Assembly (NCBI RefSeq): GCF_018780075.1 | Contig: NZ_JADMKB010000114.1 | Location: forward strand, 2,446 to 66,445 | From: Hydrogenophaga sp. | GTDB lineage: Bacteria > Pseudomonadota > Gammaproteobacteria > Burkholderiales > Burkholderiaceae_C | Length of the DNA stretch: 64,000 nt | Reading direction: 5' to 3' | Shown here: one piece after another, positions 41,926 to 50,768 of the stretch | Position numbering within the stretch: the stretch's first letter is position 1 | Layout of the letters: every line of letters begins with the position of its first letter | Position numbers and translations under genes: made by a program | Notes under the pieces: model-generated | What the model was told of the DNA's origin: nothing | What the model saw: the letters and a program-made list of their open reading frames with translations, nothing else | Database searches by the model: none

Positions 41926-42134
41926 ATCAGGAAAAGGGTGGTGCGCCATGGGGTTGGCAGAAGTTTTTCAATGAAATCAATCACTTAGAACACATTTTGA
42001 AGCAATTGAAAGCTTCAAAAATGCAGCAAAAGCAAGCACTTACACAAGGCACTGCAAGTGATGCTTGAAACCCTGTTACATTCCGGGCCCGGCACCCGAC
42101 CCGACGAATGGCCAGCGGCACACCCGGACTGTTC

Positions 42135-42177
42135 AGAAAAAAGCCTCGCCCACCGTGGCCGGATGGGCGAGGCTTGG
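42135..42177 (-). terminator. Intrinsic terminator of hslVU
   Basis: AAGCCTCGCCCA (42141-52) pairs with TGGGCGAGGCTT (42164-75), a 12-bp stem, followed by T6 on the minus strand. It lies 20 nt after the hslU stop. Confidence 0.85.
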
Positions 42178-42194
42178 GTCCCGAGGGGCCTTTT

Positions 42195-43523
42195 TCAGAG
42201 GATGTAGCGCGACAGATCCTCGTTGCGGCTGAGCTCGGCCAGCCGCCCGTCGACATACGCTGCGTCGATCGAGACGGTCTGCCCTTCCAGCGCCGTGGCG
42301 CCAAAACTGACTTCGTCGAGCAGGTGTTCCATGACGGTGGCCAGGCGGCGTGCGCCGATGTTCTCGGTGCGCTCGTTGACATCGCAGGCGATCTGCGCGA
42401 GCTGCCGGATCCCGCTGGGCTGGAATTCCAGCGTCACACCTTCCGCCGCGAGAAGGGCCTGGTACTGGCGCACCAGTGAGGCGTGGGTCTGGGTCAGGAT
42501 CGCCTCGAAATCGTCCACCGACAGGGATTGCAGCTCGACGCGGATGGGGAACCGACCCTGCAGCTCCGGAATCAGGTCGCTCGGCTTGGCCAGGTGAAAC
42601 GCCCCGCTGGCGATGAACAGGATGTGGTCGGTCTTGATCATGCCGTACTTGGTGGACACGGTGGTGCCTTCGACCAGCGGCAGCAGATCGCGCTGCACCC
42701 CCTGGCGCGACACCTCGGGGCTGCCCGTGTCGCTGCGGGAAGCCACCTTGTCGATCTCGTCGATGAAGACGATGCCGTTCTGTTCGGCCGACTGCAGTGC
42801 GCGGCTGCGCACCTCTTCTTCGTTCACAAGTTTGCCCGCCTCTTCTTCCACCAGCAGCTTCATCGCTTCGGCGATCGGCAGCTTGCGCGTGCGCCGTTTG
42901 CCCTGCCCCATCTGCCCGAACATGCCCTTGAGCTGTTCGGCCATGTCCTCCATGCCCGCGGGGCCCATGATCTCCATCGTCGGGCGCGCTTCGACCAGGT
43001 CCAGCTCGATCTCTCGATCGTTCAACAGCCCCTCGCGCAGCTTCTTGCGGAACGCCTGGCGCGCCGCGCCGTCCGGCGAAGGCACCGGCTCGGCACCCAC
43101 GCTGCGGGGCGGCGGGATCAGGACATCGAGGATGCGGTCCTCGGCCGCGTCTTCGGCGCGCATCCGCTGCTGGCGCATCGCCTGCTCGCGTCCCTGCTTG
43201 ACCGCGATTTCCACCAGGTCCCGGATGATGCTGTCGACATCCTTGCCCACGTAACCCACCTCGGTGAATTTGGTGGCTTCGACCTTGATGAAAGGGGCGT
43301 CGGCCAGCCGCGCCAGTCGGCGCGCGATCTCGGTCTTGCCCACGCCGGTGGGGCCGATCATCAGGATGTTCTTGGGCGTGATCTCGGGCCGCAGCGCTTC
43401 GTCCACCTGCTGACGCCGCCAGCGGTTGCGCAAGGCAATGGCGACAGCGCGTTTGGCGGCCCTCTGCCCGATGATGAAACGGTCGAGTTCGGAGACGATC
43501 TCCTGCGGGGTCATCGAAGACAT
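42195..43523 (-). CDS. hslU: ATP-dependent protease ATPase subunit HslU
   Basis: [17 protein letters not shown]...[15 protein letters not shown]. 442 aa. Confidence 0.97.
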   Translation of the reverse strand: MSSMTPQEIVSELDRFIIGQRAAKRAVAIALRNRWRRQQVDEALRPEITPKNILMIGPTGVGKTEIARRLARLADAPFIKVEATKFTEVGYVGKDVDSIIRDLVEIAVKQGREQAMRQQRMRAEDAAEDRILDVLIPPPRSVGAEPVPSPDGAARQAFRKKLREGLLNDREIELDLVEARPTMEIMGPAGMEDMAEQLKGMFGQMGQGKRRTRKLPIAEAMKLLVEEEAGKLVNEEEVRSRALQSAEQNGIVFIDEIDKVASRSDTGSPEVSRQGVQRDLLPLVEGTTVSTKYGMIKTDHILFIASGAFHLAKPSDLIPELQGRFPIRVELQSLSVDDFEAILTQTHASLVRQYQALLAAEGVTLEFQPSGIRQLAQIACDVNERTENIGARRLATVMEHLLDEVSFGATALEGQTVSIDAAYVDGRLAELSRNEDLSRYIL

Positions 43524-43525
43524 GG

Positions 43526-43612
43526 TGCCCCCACGCTCGTCACTTCGTGAATTTCGCTGCCCCCCGAGGGGGTGCGAGCTTGCTTGGGGCGGCCCTGCGC
43601 TGCGCTCATGGT
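43526..43612 (+). repeat. REP-like repeat, variant 2, copy K
   Basis: GCCCCCACGCTCGTCACttcGTGAatTTCGCTGCCCCCCgaGGGGGtgcgagcttgCTTGGGGCGGCCC... It fills the whole hslV-hslU spacer and is the closest relative of the mpl insertion. Confidence 0.75.
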
Positions 43613-43613
43613 G

Positions 43614-44162
43614 TCAGTCCAGTGTTTCAACGGTGTGGTTCATGTTGGTGTAGATGCAGATCTCGCCCGCGATGGCCAGCGACTGCCTCACCACGTCTTC
43701 CGCGCTGAGCGAGGTGTGCTGCGTCAGCGCACGGGCGGCGGCCTGCGCATAAGCGCCACCCGAGCCGATGGCCACCACGCCATGCTCGGGCTCCAGCACG
43801 TCGCCGTTGCCGGTGATGATCAGCGCGGCGCTGCGGTCGGCCACCGCCAGCATCGCCTCCAGGCGCCTCAACACGCGGTCGGTGCGCCAGTCGCGGGTGA
43901 GCTCGATCGCCGCACGCACCAGGTGACCCTGGTGCTTTTCCAGCTTGGCTTCAAAGCGCTCGAACAGGGTGAAGGCGTCGGCGGTGGCACCGGCGAAGCC
44001 CGCCAGCACCCTGTCGTGGTGGAGCTTGCGCACCTTGCGCGCGGTGCCCTTGACGACGATGTGCCCCAGCGTGACCTGGCCGTCGCCACCGATGGCGACC
44101 TGAACGCCCTCGGGCGTCTCGCGACGCACACAGACGATGGTGGTTCCGTGAAATGTTTCCAT
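43614..44162 (-). CDS. hslV: ATP-dependent protease subunit HslV
   Basis: [14 protein letters not shown]... from the internal ATG 44162. 182 aa. Confidence 0.95.
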   Translation of the reverse strand: METFHGTTIVCVRRETPEGVQVAIGGDGQVTLGHIVVKGTARKVRKLHHDRVLAGFAGATADAFTLFERFEAKLEKHQGHLVRAAIELTRDWRTDRVLRRLEAMLAVADRSAALIITGNGDVLEPEHGVVAIGSGGAYAQAAARALTQHTSLSAEDVVRQSLAIAGEICIYTNMNHTVETLD

Positions 44163-44224
44163 AAGAGCATGAGATGGGGATGAACGGGTCGGCATCAAGC
44201 CCGATCGCGGAGCGAAGGGCGTTT

Positions 44225-44310
44225 GCCAAGGGGGTGCGGCGGAACCGGCTCTGCGGGGCCGCCAGGGCCACCTCCTTGAGGGGGTCGCGTGCAGCGCGGT
44301 GGGGGAGGGT
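44225..44310 (-). repeat. REP-like repeat, copy H (reverse)
   Basis: The reverse complement reads CCCCCACCGCGCtgcaCGCGACCCCCtcaaGGAGGtGGCCCTGGCGGCCCCGCagaGCCGGTTCCGCCGCACCCCC. Confidence 0.75.
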
Positions 44311-44332
44311 CAGACCTCAGCGGCGCGGGGGG

Positions 44333-46210
44333 TCAATCGTTTCTCACGACCACTTTGGCGTATTCGGTGATGCCGATCACGTGGAAAAACGCCGACACCA
44401 GGCGGTGGGCGTCCACGAACTGGACCAGGCGACCACTGTTGTGGTGGCTGGTGACCCAGTTCAGCAAGGTGCCCGCCGCAGAAAAATCCACACGGATCAG
44501 GTTGCGGCACGAAATGATCAACACATCCGCCCCCTGCAGACGTTGCTCCAGGTCTTCCAGCGTGGCCTGCGGATCACCGCGGATCTCGCCGGACAGCTCC
44601 ACCAGCCCGAGTTGGTTGAACTCGCTGCCCGGCCCATCGACGCCCGAATCCCCACCCGAGAAACCGGACGGCACCTGCTCCATCACCACATCGCTCAACA
44701 CCGAGCTGCCTTCGTCGGGGTCTGGCACCCCGCCGGAAAGGGCCTGGAAATGACAGCGTGGTCGCTCCCATCCGGGGGGCGACACCTCGTAGGTGACACA
44801 AAAATCCAGGGCGGTGAGCTCAAACTCGTCGGGCCGGTTCATGACGCGCAGGGCGCCCATGCGAAGCTCCCACCACAGCTGCTCAATGTCGCGTCGACCG
44901 GAGGGCGTGACCTGCTTGAGCAACTCGCGCAGGCGCGTTGCACCCAGGAAACACAGTTCCACGTCCTGATCGCCCCACAGCGTGAACATGCCCAGCAGGG
45001 CTCGCGCGGCCTTGACGTCAATGGACTCGATCTCCGTCCAGTCCAGCACCCACGGCTGGTTGACACGAAGCAACACGTTTTGCAGCGTACCGACGGCGTG
45101 CGCGTCGAGCTCGCGATCACAGGCCCAGACGGTCCTGGCAGACGAGGTGGACGGCTTGTACACCTTGCCGGTCATCGCCGACACCAGCTCCGGCATGTCG
45201 TACCACTGGGGCGCCGAACGGCCGAAACGGTTCACGAAGTCGACCGCCTGGCTCTCGAACGGCGCCAACTGCCCGGTCGCTCGGTAGAGATCGAACAGGG
45301 CAAGCCAGTCATCCAGCTGGTTTTCGCGCGGGCCCCCTTCGGCGATCGTTTCCTTGAGCCCCTGCTCTGCACCGGCATCGTCACCGTTGGCGAACCGGAT
45401 GGCGGCCTCTTCCACCTCCGGATCCTGGGCAATTTCATGGACGTCAAGCGCATAGAAGTGCGAAGCCGAAAACGCCGGACCCGAGCGCCCTCCCCCTCCC
45501 GCCACCGCGCCGTGCTGGGTGGGCGCCATCAGACCGGTGCGTGCCGTGACGGGGGGCATCACCGATTCCGGGCCGCCCTTGGAAGACGGCACCGATTCGC
45601 GCAGCGTCGGAATCCGGGCCGAAGCGGGTGAAACCGCCGGTGCCGAGGCCTTCTTTGGCTCGGGCTCGGTGTCCAGCAGTTCCCCGTCGTGCAGGGGCGA
45701 CGCTTCGGTCTCGTTGTACTGGGCGTTGACGCGCTGGACATCGGACGCGGCGGCCGCTCTGGACTTGGCGGCCTTGCGATCCAGCGGGGTGCCGCCCGTC
45801 GAGTGCGCACCCGAGCTGAGGCTGGATCCGGTGGTGGCCAAGGAGTCGGGGCCCTTGGTCTTCCACCACTGCATGGACATCTGGGCCTCGATCTCGTCGA
45901 TCTTCTTGAGCGTCATGGCCCGATCGTCGGGCTTGGAAGGCAGGCTGCTCTGGAAAAACGAGGGGCGGACCCGTTGTCCGGTCTCGCCCGACGCTTCGCG
46001 GCTGCGAATCTTGCGCAGCATGTCGAACTCGCGCTTGCGCACGAAGTCGTTGCGCCGCTTGCGCTCGATCATCTCCTTGAGCGCTGCCTTGCTGTACTCG
46101 CTTTCGCCGTCGGCGCTGCGCGTGTCCAGGTCCGACCAGCTCGTGGTCGGATGGCGCACGAACTTCACCACCTTGGACAGGAAGCCGCGGTTGGAGTCGT
46201 CCTTGGACAT
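44333..46210 (-). CDS. Uncharacterised 625-aa protein with two C-terminal STAS-like (anti-sigma-antagonist fold) regions
   Basis: Charged N-terminus (MSKDDSNRGFLSKVVKFVRHP...KRRNDFVRKREFDMLRKIR), a Ser/Ala/Pro-rich linker, then LDWTEIESIDVKAARALL... and CRNLIRVDFSAAGTLLNW...VIGITEYAKVV, which resemble STAS domains. Confidence 0.7.
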   Translation of the reverse strand: MSKDDSNRGFLSKVVKFVRHPTTSWSDLDTRSADGESEYSKAALKEMIERKRRNDFVRKREFDMLRKIRSREASGETGQRVRPSFFQSSLPSKPDDRAMTLKKIDEIEAQMSMQWWKTKGPDSLATTGSSLSSGAHSTGGTPLDRKAAKSRAAAASDVQRVNAQYNETEASPLHDGELLDTEPEPKKASAPAVSPASARIPTLRESVPSSKGGPESVMPPVTARTGLMAPTQHGAVAGGGGRSGPAFSASHFYALDVHEIAQDPEVEEAAIRFANGDDAGAEQGLKETIAEGGPRENQLDDWLALFDLYRATGQLAPFESQAVDFVNRFGRSAPQWYDMPELVSAMTGKVYKPSTSSARTVWACDRELDAHAVGTLQNVLLRVNQPWVLDWTEIESIDVKAARALLGMFTLWGDQDVELCFLGATRLRELLKQVTPSGRRDIEQLWWELRMGALRVMNRPDEFELTALDFCVTYEVSPPGWERPRCHFQALSGGVPDPDEGSSVLSDVVMEQVPSGFSGGDSGVDGPGSEFNQLGLVELSGEIRGDPQATLEDLEQRLQGADVLIISCRNLIRVDFSAAGTLLNWVTSHHNSGRLVQFVDAHRLVSAFFHVIGITEYAKVVVRND

Positions 46211-46250
46211 GGATGCGCTGTGTCGTGAGTTGGATCAGGAGGTGCCCGGG

Positions 46251-47309
46251 TCAGTCCCCAAACATCTTCTGCTTCAGCTCTCGCCGTTGCTGCGCTTCCA
46301 GCGACAGGCTGGCGGTGGGGCGGGCCATCAAACGGCCCACACCGATGGCTTCACCGGTCTCCTCGCAATAACCGTAGTCGCCCGAGTCGATACGGGTGAT
46401 CGCCTGCTCGATTTTCTTGAGCAGTTTGCGCTCGCGGTCACGTGTGCGCAGCTCCAGCGCATGCTCTTCCTCGATGGTCGCGCGGTCGGCCGGATCGGGC
46501 ACCACCACCGTGTCTTCACGCAAGTGCTCGGTGGTCTCTCCGGCATTGGCCAGCATGTCGTCCTTGAGCAGCGTGAGCTTGCGGCGGAAAAATGCGAGCT
46601 GGATGTCGTTCATGTACTCGGCGTCGGGCATCGCCTGCACGTCCTGGTCGGTGAGTTGTTCGACGGACATGGACTTCCAGTTGTTCGCCCGCTTGGGGTC
46701 TTTCTGGATGGAGGAGGGCACGGGAGGGGTCATTACGCGTTCATTCGAGGTGAAAAATGTCGCTTTCGCGGCATCGGGGGCATGGGTCGGAACCACCGCC
46801 GCCTGGGTCATTTGCTCCATCATGACCTTCTTGGCCGCGCGTTTGCCCAGAGGGCGGGGCGTCGGCTCGACAACGATGGGGGCTGGTTTGGGCACAGCCA
46901 CGGGTTTGGTCGCTCCCGAGGGGGACGCTGGTTTGCCGGTCTTGACCGCTGGAAGCGGCGTCGGCTTGGGCTTGACCACCACGGGGGCTTTGGTGCCCGA
47001 TTTTGCAGCGGATTTGGCCGGAGGTGCGGGTGCGCGCGGGGCGGCTTTGGCCGGCGCCTTCTGAACCACCGCCTTCGCGGCCGGCTTGGGAGCCGCCTTG
47101 ACCACGGTGGTCTTGGACACCTGGGCGGGTTTTTTCACCGGCACGGCCTTCTTTGCTGGAACGGATTTCCCGGCAACGGCCTTGGACGCGGGCTTTGCCG
47201 CGGCCTTGACCGTCAATGGGGTGGCTGCCGCGACCGGTGAATTCCGCACTTTGCCGGCGCTGGGCGCGGGCTTTTTGTTCTTTGCGGTGGGGGTGGCCGG
47301 GGCTTTCAC
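46251..47309 (-). CDS. dksA: DksA/TraR-family RNA polymerase-binding protein with a long Lys/Ala/Pro-rich N-terminal extension
   Basis: C-terminal 139 aa are DksA-like (YMNDIQLAFFRRKL...ELRTRDRERKLLKKIEQA...GDYGYCEETGEAIG). GTG 47309 is preceded by GAGGAG. An alternative short form starts at ATG 46670, which has only a weak SD. Confidence 0.75.
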   Translation of the reverse strand: MKAPATPTAKNKKPAPSAGKVRNSPVAAATPLTVKAAAKPASKAVAGKSVPAKKAVPVKKPAQVSKTTVVKAAPKPAAKAVVQKAPAKAAPRAPAPPAKSAAKSGTKAPVVVKPKPTPLPAVKTGKPASPSGATKPVAVPKPAPIVVEPTPRPLGKRAAKKVMMEQMTQAAVVPTHAPDAAKATFFTSNERVMTPPVPSSIQKDPKRANNWKSMSVEQLTDQDVQAMPDAEYMNDIQLAFFRRKLTLLKDDMLANAGETTEHLREDTVVVPDPADRATIEEEHALELRTRDRERKLLKKIEQAITRIDSGDYGYCEETGEAIGVGRLMARPTASLSLEAQQRRELKQKMFGD

Positions 47310-47634
47310 AAGGGGTCTCCTCTCAGTGCCTGACGATGCCTGTTCCTGGGGCGGTGCGCTCCCTCGGGCAAGCCCCCGAGGCGCGTCACGAAGCTCGGTC
47401 GAGACCGGCTGGTCTGTTGTTATACCCCGTTTGCGGACCGCGACGGTTCCCCGCTCGACATGCACGCGGGCAACAGGCCCGGCCGGATCACCGGCACCCG
47501 ACTTGGGGGGCGATTGTAACGACGCGCGCGAAGGCGCCACCGACTGGGGGTCGGATTGAAAGCCGAGGCGTTGGAGAAGCGAGACAAAGAACACGGTCGG
47601 GTCTGATTCTGATGTGAAGGAGCCGACCTGGGGA

Positions 47635-48714
47635 TCAGACCAGCGACTGGTCAAGCCCCTGGACCAGGATGTCCTTGGGCAGATCCAGACCGATGAACAC
47701 CATCTTGCTCACGCGCGGCTCGCCTTCGGCCCAGGCCGGACCAAGGTCGCTGCCCATGAGCTGGTGCACGCCCTGGAAGATGACCTTGCGGTCGGTGCCC
47801 TGCATGTCGAGCACGCCTTTGTAGCGCAGCATGCGCGGGCCGTACACCTGCACGATGGCGCCCAGGAAGTCTTCCAGCTTGGCCGGGTTGAACGGCCGGG
47901 TGGCACGGTAGACGAAGCTTTTCACATCGTCGTCGTGATGGTGGTGGTGGCCATGGCCTTCGTGACCGTGCTGGTGAGAAGGGTGGTTGCAGGCTTCGCC
48001 GGGCGCGTGATCGTGGTGCTCGTGGCCATGATCGTGTTCATGGTCATGGTCGTCATCGGCCTTGAGGAAGTCCGGGTCGATGTCGAGCTTGGCGTTCAGG
48101 TTGAATCCGCGCAGGTCGAACACCTCGCTCAGCGCCACCTCGCCGAAATGCACCGGGCGCATGGGCGCACGCGGGTTCATGTGTTTCAGGCGGTGGGTGA
48201 GCGCGTCCAGCTCGTCCTGATCCACCAGATCGGCCTTGCTGATGAAGATCTGGTCGGCAAAGCCCACCTGGCGGCGGGCTTCCTGGCGGTCGTTGAGCTG
48301 CTGGGCGGCGTGTTTGGCGTCCACCAGGGTCAGGATGGAGTCCAGCAGGTACTGCTCGGCGACCTCGTCGTCCATGAAGAAGGTCTGGGCCACCGGGCCG
48401 GGATCGGCCAGGCCGGTGGTCTCGATCACCACACGCTCAAAATCCAGCTCGCCCTTGCGCTTCTTTTCGGCCAGGTCCTGCAGCGTGGCGCGCAGGTCGT
48501 CGCGGATGGTGCAGCAGATGCAGCCGTTGCTCATCTGGATGATGTTTTCCTGCGTGTCGGCCACCAGGATTTCGTTGTCGATGTTTTCTTCGCCGAATTC
48601 GTTCTCGATCACCGCGATCTTCTGGCCGTGGGCCTCGGTCAGCACGCGCTTGAGCAGCGTGGTTTTTCCCGACCCGAGGAAGCCGGTGAGGATGGTGGCG
48701 GGAATCAGTGACAT
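47635..48714 (-). CDS. COG0523 (CobW/ZigA/YjiA-type) metallochaperone GTPase
   Basis: GFLGSGKTTLL, the CICC metal motif, and the His-rich stretch DHDHEHDHGHEHHDH...HQHGHEGHGHHHHHDDD. Internal ATG 48714. Confidence 0.88.
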   Translation of the reverse strand: MSLIPATILTGFLGSGKTTLLKRVLTEAHGQKIAVIENEFGEENIDNEILVADTQENIIQMSNGCICCTIRDDLRATLQDLAEKKRKGELDFERVVIETTGLADPGPVAQTFFMDDEVAEQYLLDSILTLVDAKHAAQQLNDRQEARRQVGFADQIFISKADLVDQDELDALTHRLKHMNPRAPMRPVHFGEVALSEVFDLRGFNLNAKLDIDPDFLKADDDHDHEHDHGHEHHDHAPGEACNHPSHQHGHEGHGHHHHHDDDVKSFVYRATRPFNPAKLEDFLGAIVQVYGPRMLRYKGVLDMQGTDRKVIFQGVHQLMGSDLGPAWAEGEPRVSKMVFIGLDLPKDILVQGLDQSLV

Positions 48715-48794
48715 GGCAGGAAAACTCCAGCAAAAAGCGGTCGGGAACGGTACAGCGGGGGCAGTGTATGCGACGCGTGGGCGCAGCCACCGGA

Positions 48795-49979
48795 TTACGC
48801 CTTTTTCATCACCACCAATCCCTTGAGGTATTCGCCCTCGGGGAAGTTGATGGTCATCGGGTGGTCGCAGGCGCCGCCCAGGCGCTGCAGGATCGCGCCG
48901 TCCACGCCCGCGTCCAGCCCGGCCGAGGCCACGATCTTGTGGAACAGCTCCACGCCGATGCCGCCCGAGCACGAGAAGGTGAACAGCACGCCGCCGGGGG
49001 TGAGCAGCTTGAAGGCCTGGCGGTTCAGGTCCTTGTACGCGCGTGCGGCGCGCTCGGCGTGGGCCGCCGTGGGTGCGAACTTGGGCGGATCGAGCACGAT
49101 GGCGTCGAAACTGCGGCCCTCGGCCACGAACTGGCGCAGCGAGGCGTTGACGTCCGCGTCCATGAAGCTCGCCTGCGCCGGGTCCAGCCCGTTCAGCAAC
49201 AGGTTGGCGCGCGCCTGCTCCAACGCCGGGCCGGACGAGTCGATGCTGGTCACGTGCCCCGCCCCGCCGGCCAGCGCGGCCACACTGAAGCCGCCGGTGT
49301 AGCTGAAGCAGTTGAGCACCTGCGCGAACCCCAGGCGCTTCGTGTACTGGTACAGGGCCAGGCGGCTGTCACGCTGATCCAGGTAATAGCCGGTCTTGTG
49401 GCCCTGGGCGATGTCCAGCCCGAGGCGCCAGCCGTGTTCCAGCAGTTCGAACGCCGTTTCGCCACTGCCACGCAGCCAGCCCGTGACTTCCGGCAGGCCT
49501 TCGAGTTTGCGGCTGCTGGTGTCGGAGCGTTCGTACAGGCGAGGGCAACCGGTGAGCTCGATCAGCGCGTCGGCAATGGCGTCCTTCCAGCGCTCCACCC
49601 CACAGGCGGTGAACTGGGCCACCAGCGTGTCGCCATAGCGGTCCACGATCAGGCCCGGCAGGCCGTCGGACTCGCCGTGCACCAGGCGGATGCCGTTGCT
49701 TTCAATCCCCAAACGCGAGCGCAGCGCAATGGCGCGGGCCAGCGTGTCCCGAAAGAAAGCGGCGTCGATGCGCTGGGCCTCGTCGAAGCTCCAGGCCCGC
49801 ACACGGATGCGCGAAGCCGGGGAGAACGCGCCCCAGGCCAGGAACTGGCCCTCATGGCTTTCGACGCGCACGGTCTCGCCCGCATCACCGCCGCCCCGGG
49901 CCACGGCCCCGTCGAACACCCAGGGGTGGCGGCGTTGCAGGGAGCGTTCTTTGCCGGGCTTGAGTCGAATGATTTTCAT
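48795..49979 (-). CDS. rlmI: 23S rRNA m5C methyltransferase, RlmI-like (PUA + SAM MTase)
   Basis: MKIIRLKPGKERSLQRRHPWVFDGAV...VLNCFSYTGGFSV...DPPKF. Confidence 0.85.
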   Translation of the reverse strand: MKIIRLKPGKERSLQRRHPWVFDGAVARGGGDAGETVRVESHEGQFLAWGAFSPASRIRVRAWSFDEAQRIDAAFFRDTLARAIALRSRLGIESNGIRLVHGESDGLPGLIVDRYGDTLVAQFTACGVERWKDAIADALIELTGCPRLYERSDTSSRKLEGLPEVTGWLRGSGETAFELLEHGWRLGLDIAQGHKTGYYLDQRDSRLALYQYTKRLGFAQVLNCFSYTGGFSVAALAGGAGHVTSIDSSGPALEQARANLLLNGLDPAQASFMDADVNASLRQFVAEGRSFDAIVLDPPKFAPTAAHAERAARAYKDLNRQAFKLLTPGGVLFTFSCSGGIGVELFHKIVASAGLDAGVDGAILQRLGGACDHPMTINFPEGEYLKGLVVMKKA

Positions 49980-49989
49980 CTGGATATTG

Positions 49990-50070
49990 TCCCCCCTGCG
50001 CCGCCTGCGGCGTCACCCCCCAGGGGGCGGCACTGGCCGTCCGGCAAAGCCGGCCCGGCGGTGCCCTGGG
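49990..50070 (+). repeat. REP-like repeat, copy C
   Basis: TCCCCCCTGCGCCGCctGCGGCGTCACCCCCCaGGGGGCGGCACTGGCCGTCCGGCaaaGCCGGCCCGGCGGTGCC. Confidence 0.8.
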
Positions 50071-50119
50071 TTCAACTTCCCCTCGTCCAATCCATCACCG
50101 CTCCGGCGCGAAGTGCATG

Positions 50120-50200
50120 GCGCCAGGATGCGGCGGAACCGGCTTCGCCGGGCCGCTCGCATCGCCCCCTTTGAGGGGGTCGCGCGCAGCGCGGCGGGGG
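50120..50200 (-). repeat. REP-like repeat, copy I (reverse; inverted relative to copy C)
   Basis: The reverse complement reads CCCCCGCCGCGCtgcGCGCGACCCCCtcaaaGGGGGCgatgCGAGCGGCCCGGCgaaGCCGGTTCCGCCGCATCC. Confidence 0.8.
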
Positions 50201-50209
50201 TGTTTCTTT

Positions 50210-50647
50210 CTACGGCCGCAGGTAGACAAACCCTTCGCGCGCCTGCAGCCGGGCCACCTCGGCCACGCCCGACGGCACGATCTTGGCTTCCATCGCGACC
50301 TTGCTGGCGTCGATCTTGCGCGAGACCAGGGTGTTGTTGCAGACCCGGAACTCCACGCCCTTGGCCGCGAGTTCGCCGATGGCGCCCGAGAAGGGCTGCT
50401 CCATCTGGTTGGTGGCGCCATCCAGCAGGAAGTCGATGCCCAGGCCATGGGTCACGACCACGATCTTGGCTTTGGGGTCGGCCGCCAGGTGATTGCGGAT
50501 GTTGTTGATCGCGCGCGAGGCCTGGGGAATGCCTTCGCTCATGTGATAGACCGTCTTGATCACGTCATCGGCCGCCTGCGCCGACAGCGAGGTCGACAAC
50601 ACCGCCGCGAGCAGCAAAGACTTGAACACCACAAAGAACTTGAACAT
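50210..50647 (-). CDS. DsrE/DsrF-like family protein with a signal peptide
   Basis: Signal peptide MFKFFVVFKSLLLAAVLSTSLSAQA, then IVVVTHGLGIDFL...EFRVCNNTL. SD AAGGAGA. Confidence 0.8.
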   Translation of the reverse strand: MFKFFVVFKSLLLAAVLSTSLSAQAADDVIKTVYHMSEGIPQASRAINNIRNHLAADPKAKIVVVTHGLGIDFLLDGATNQMEQPFSGAIGELAAKGVEFRVCNNTLVSRKIDASKVAMEAKIVPSGVAEVARLQAREGFVYLRP

Positions 50648-50768
50648 GGGGATCTCCTTAAATTAAAAGCGAATGCTTATAAAGCGATTGTCAAGCCTGG
50701 GCTGGCGGTGCCTACAGGGATAACCCGGCCCCGCGGCCTGCCCGCTGACACCCCGTGGACCTCGCCGG

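Noticed and set aside
48715-48794. Looked for a Zur box upstream of the COG0523 GTPase gene and in the 47310-47634 spacer.
   Set aside because: No AT-rich GTTAT-N-ATAAC-like palindrome is visible by eye. I cannot exclude a divergent site without a matrix scan, so no site is called.
50660-50694. Perfect TTGACA (50694-50689, minus strand) upstream of the DsrE-like gene as a -35 element.
   Set aside because: The candidate -10 hexamers (TATAAG, TTTAAT, TAATTT) lie 7, 21 or 23 nt away, none at the canonical 16-18 nt. Promoter not called.
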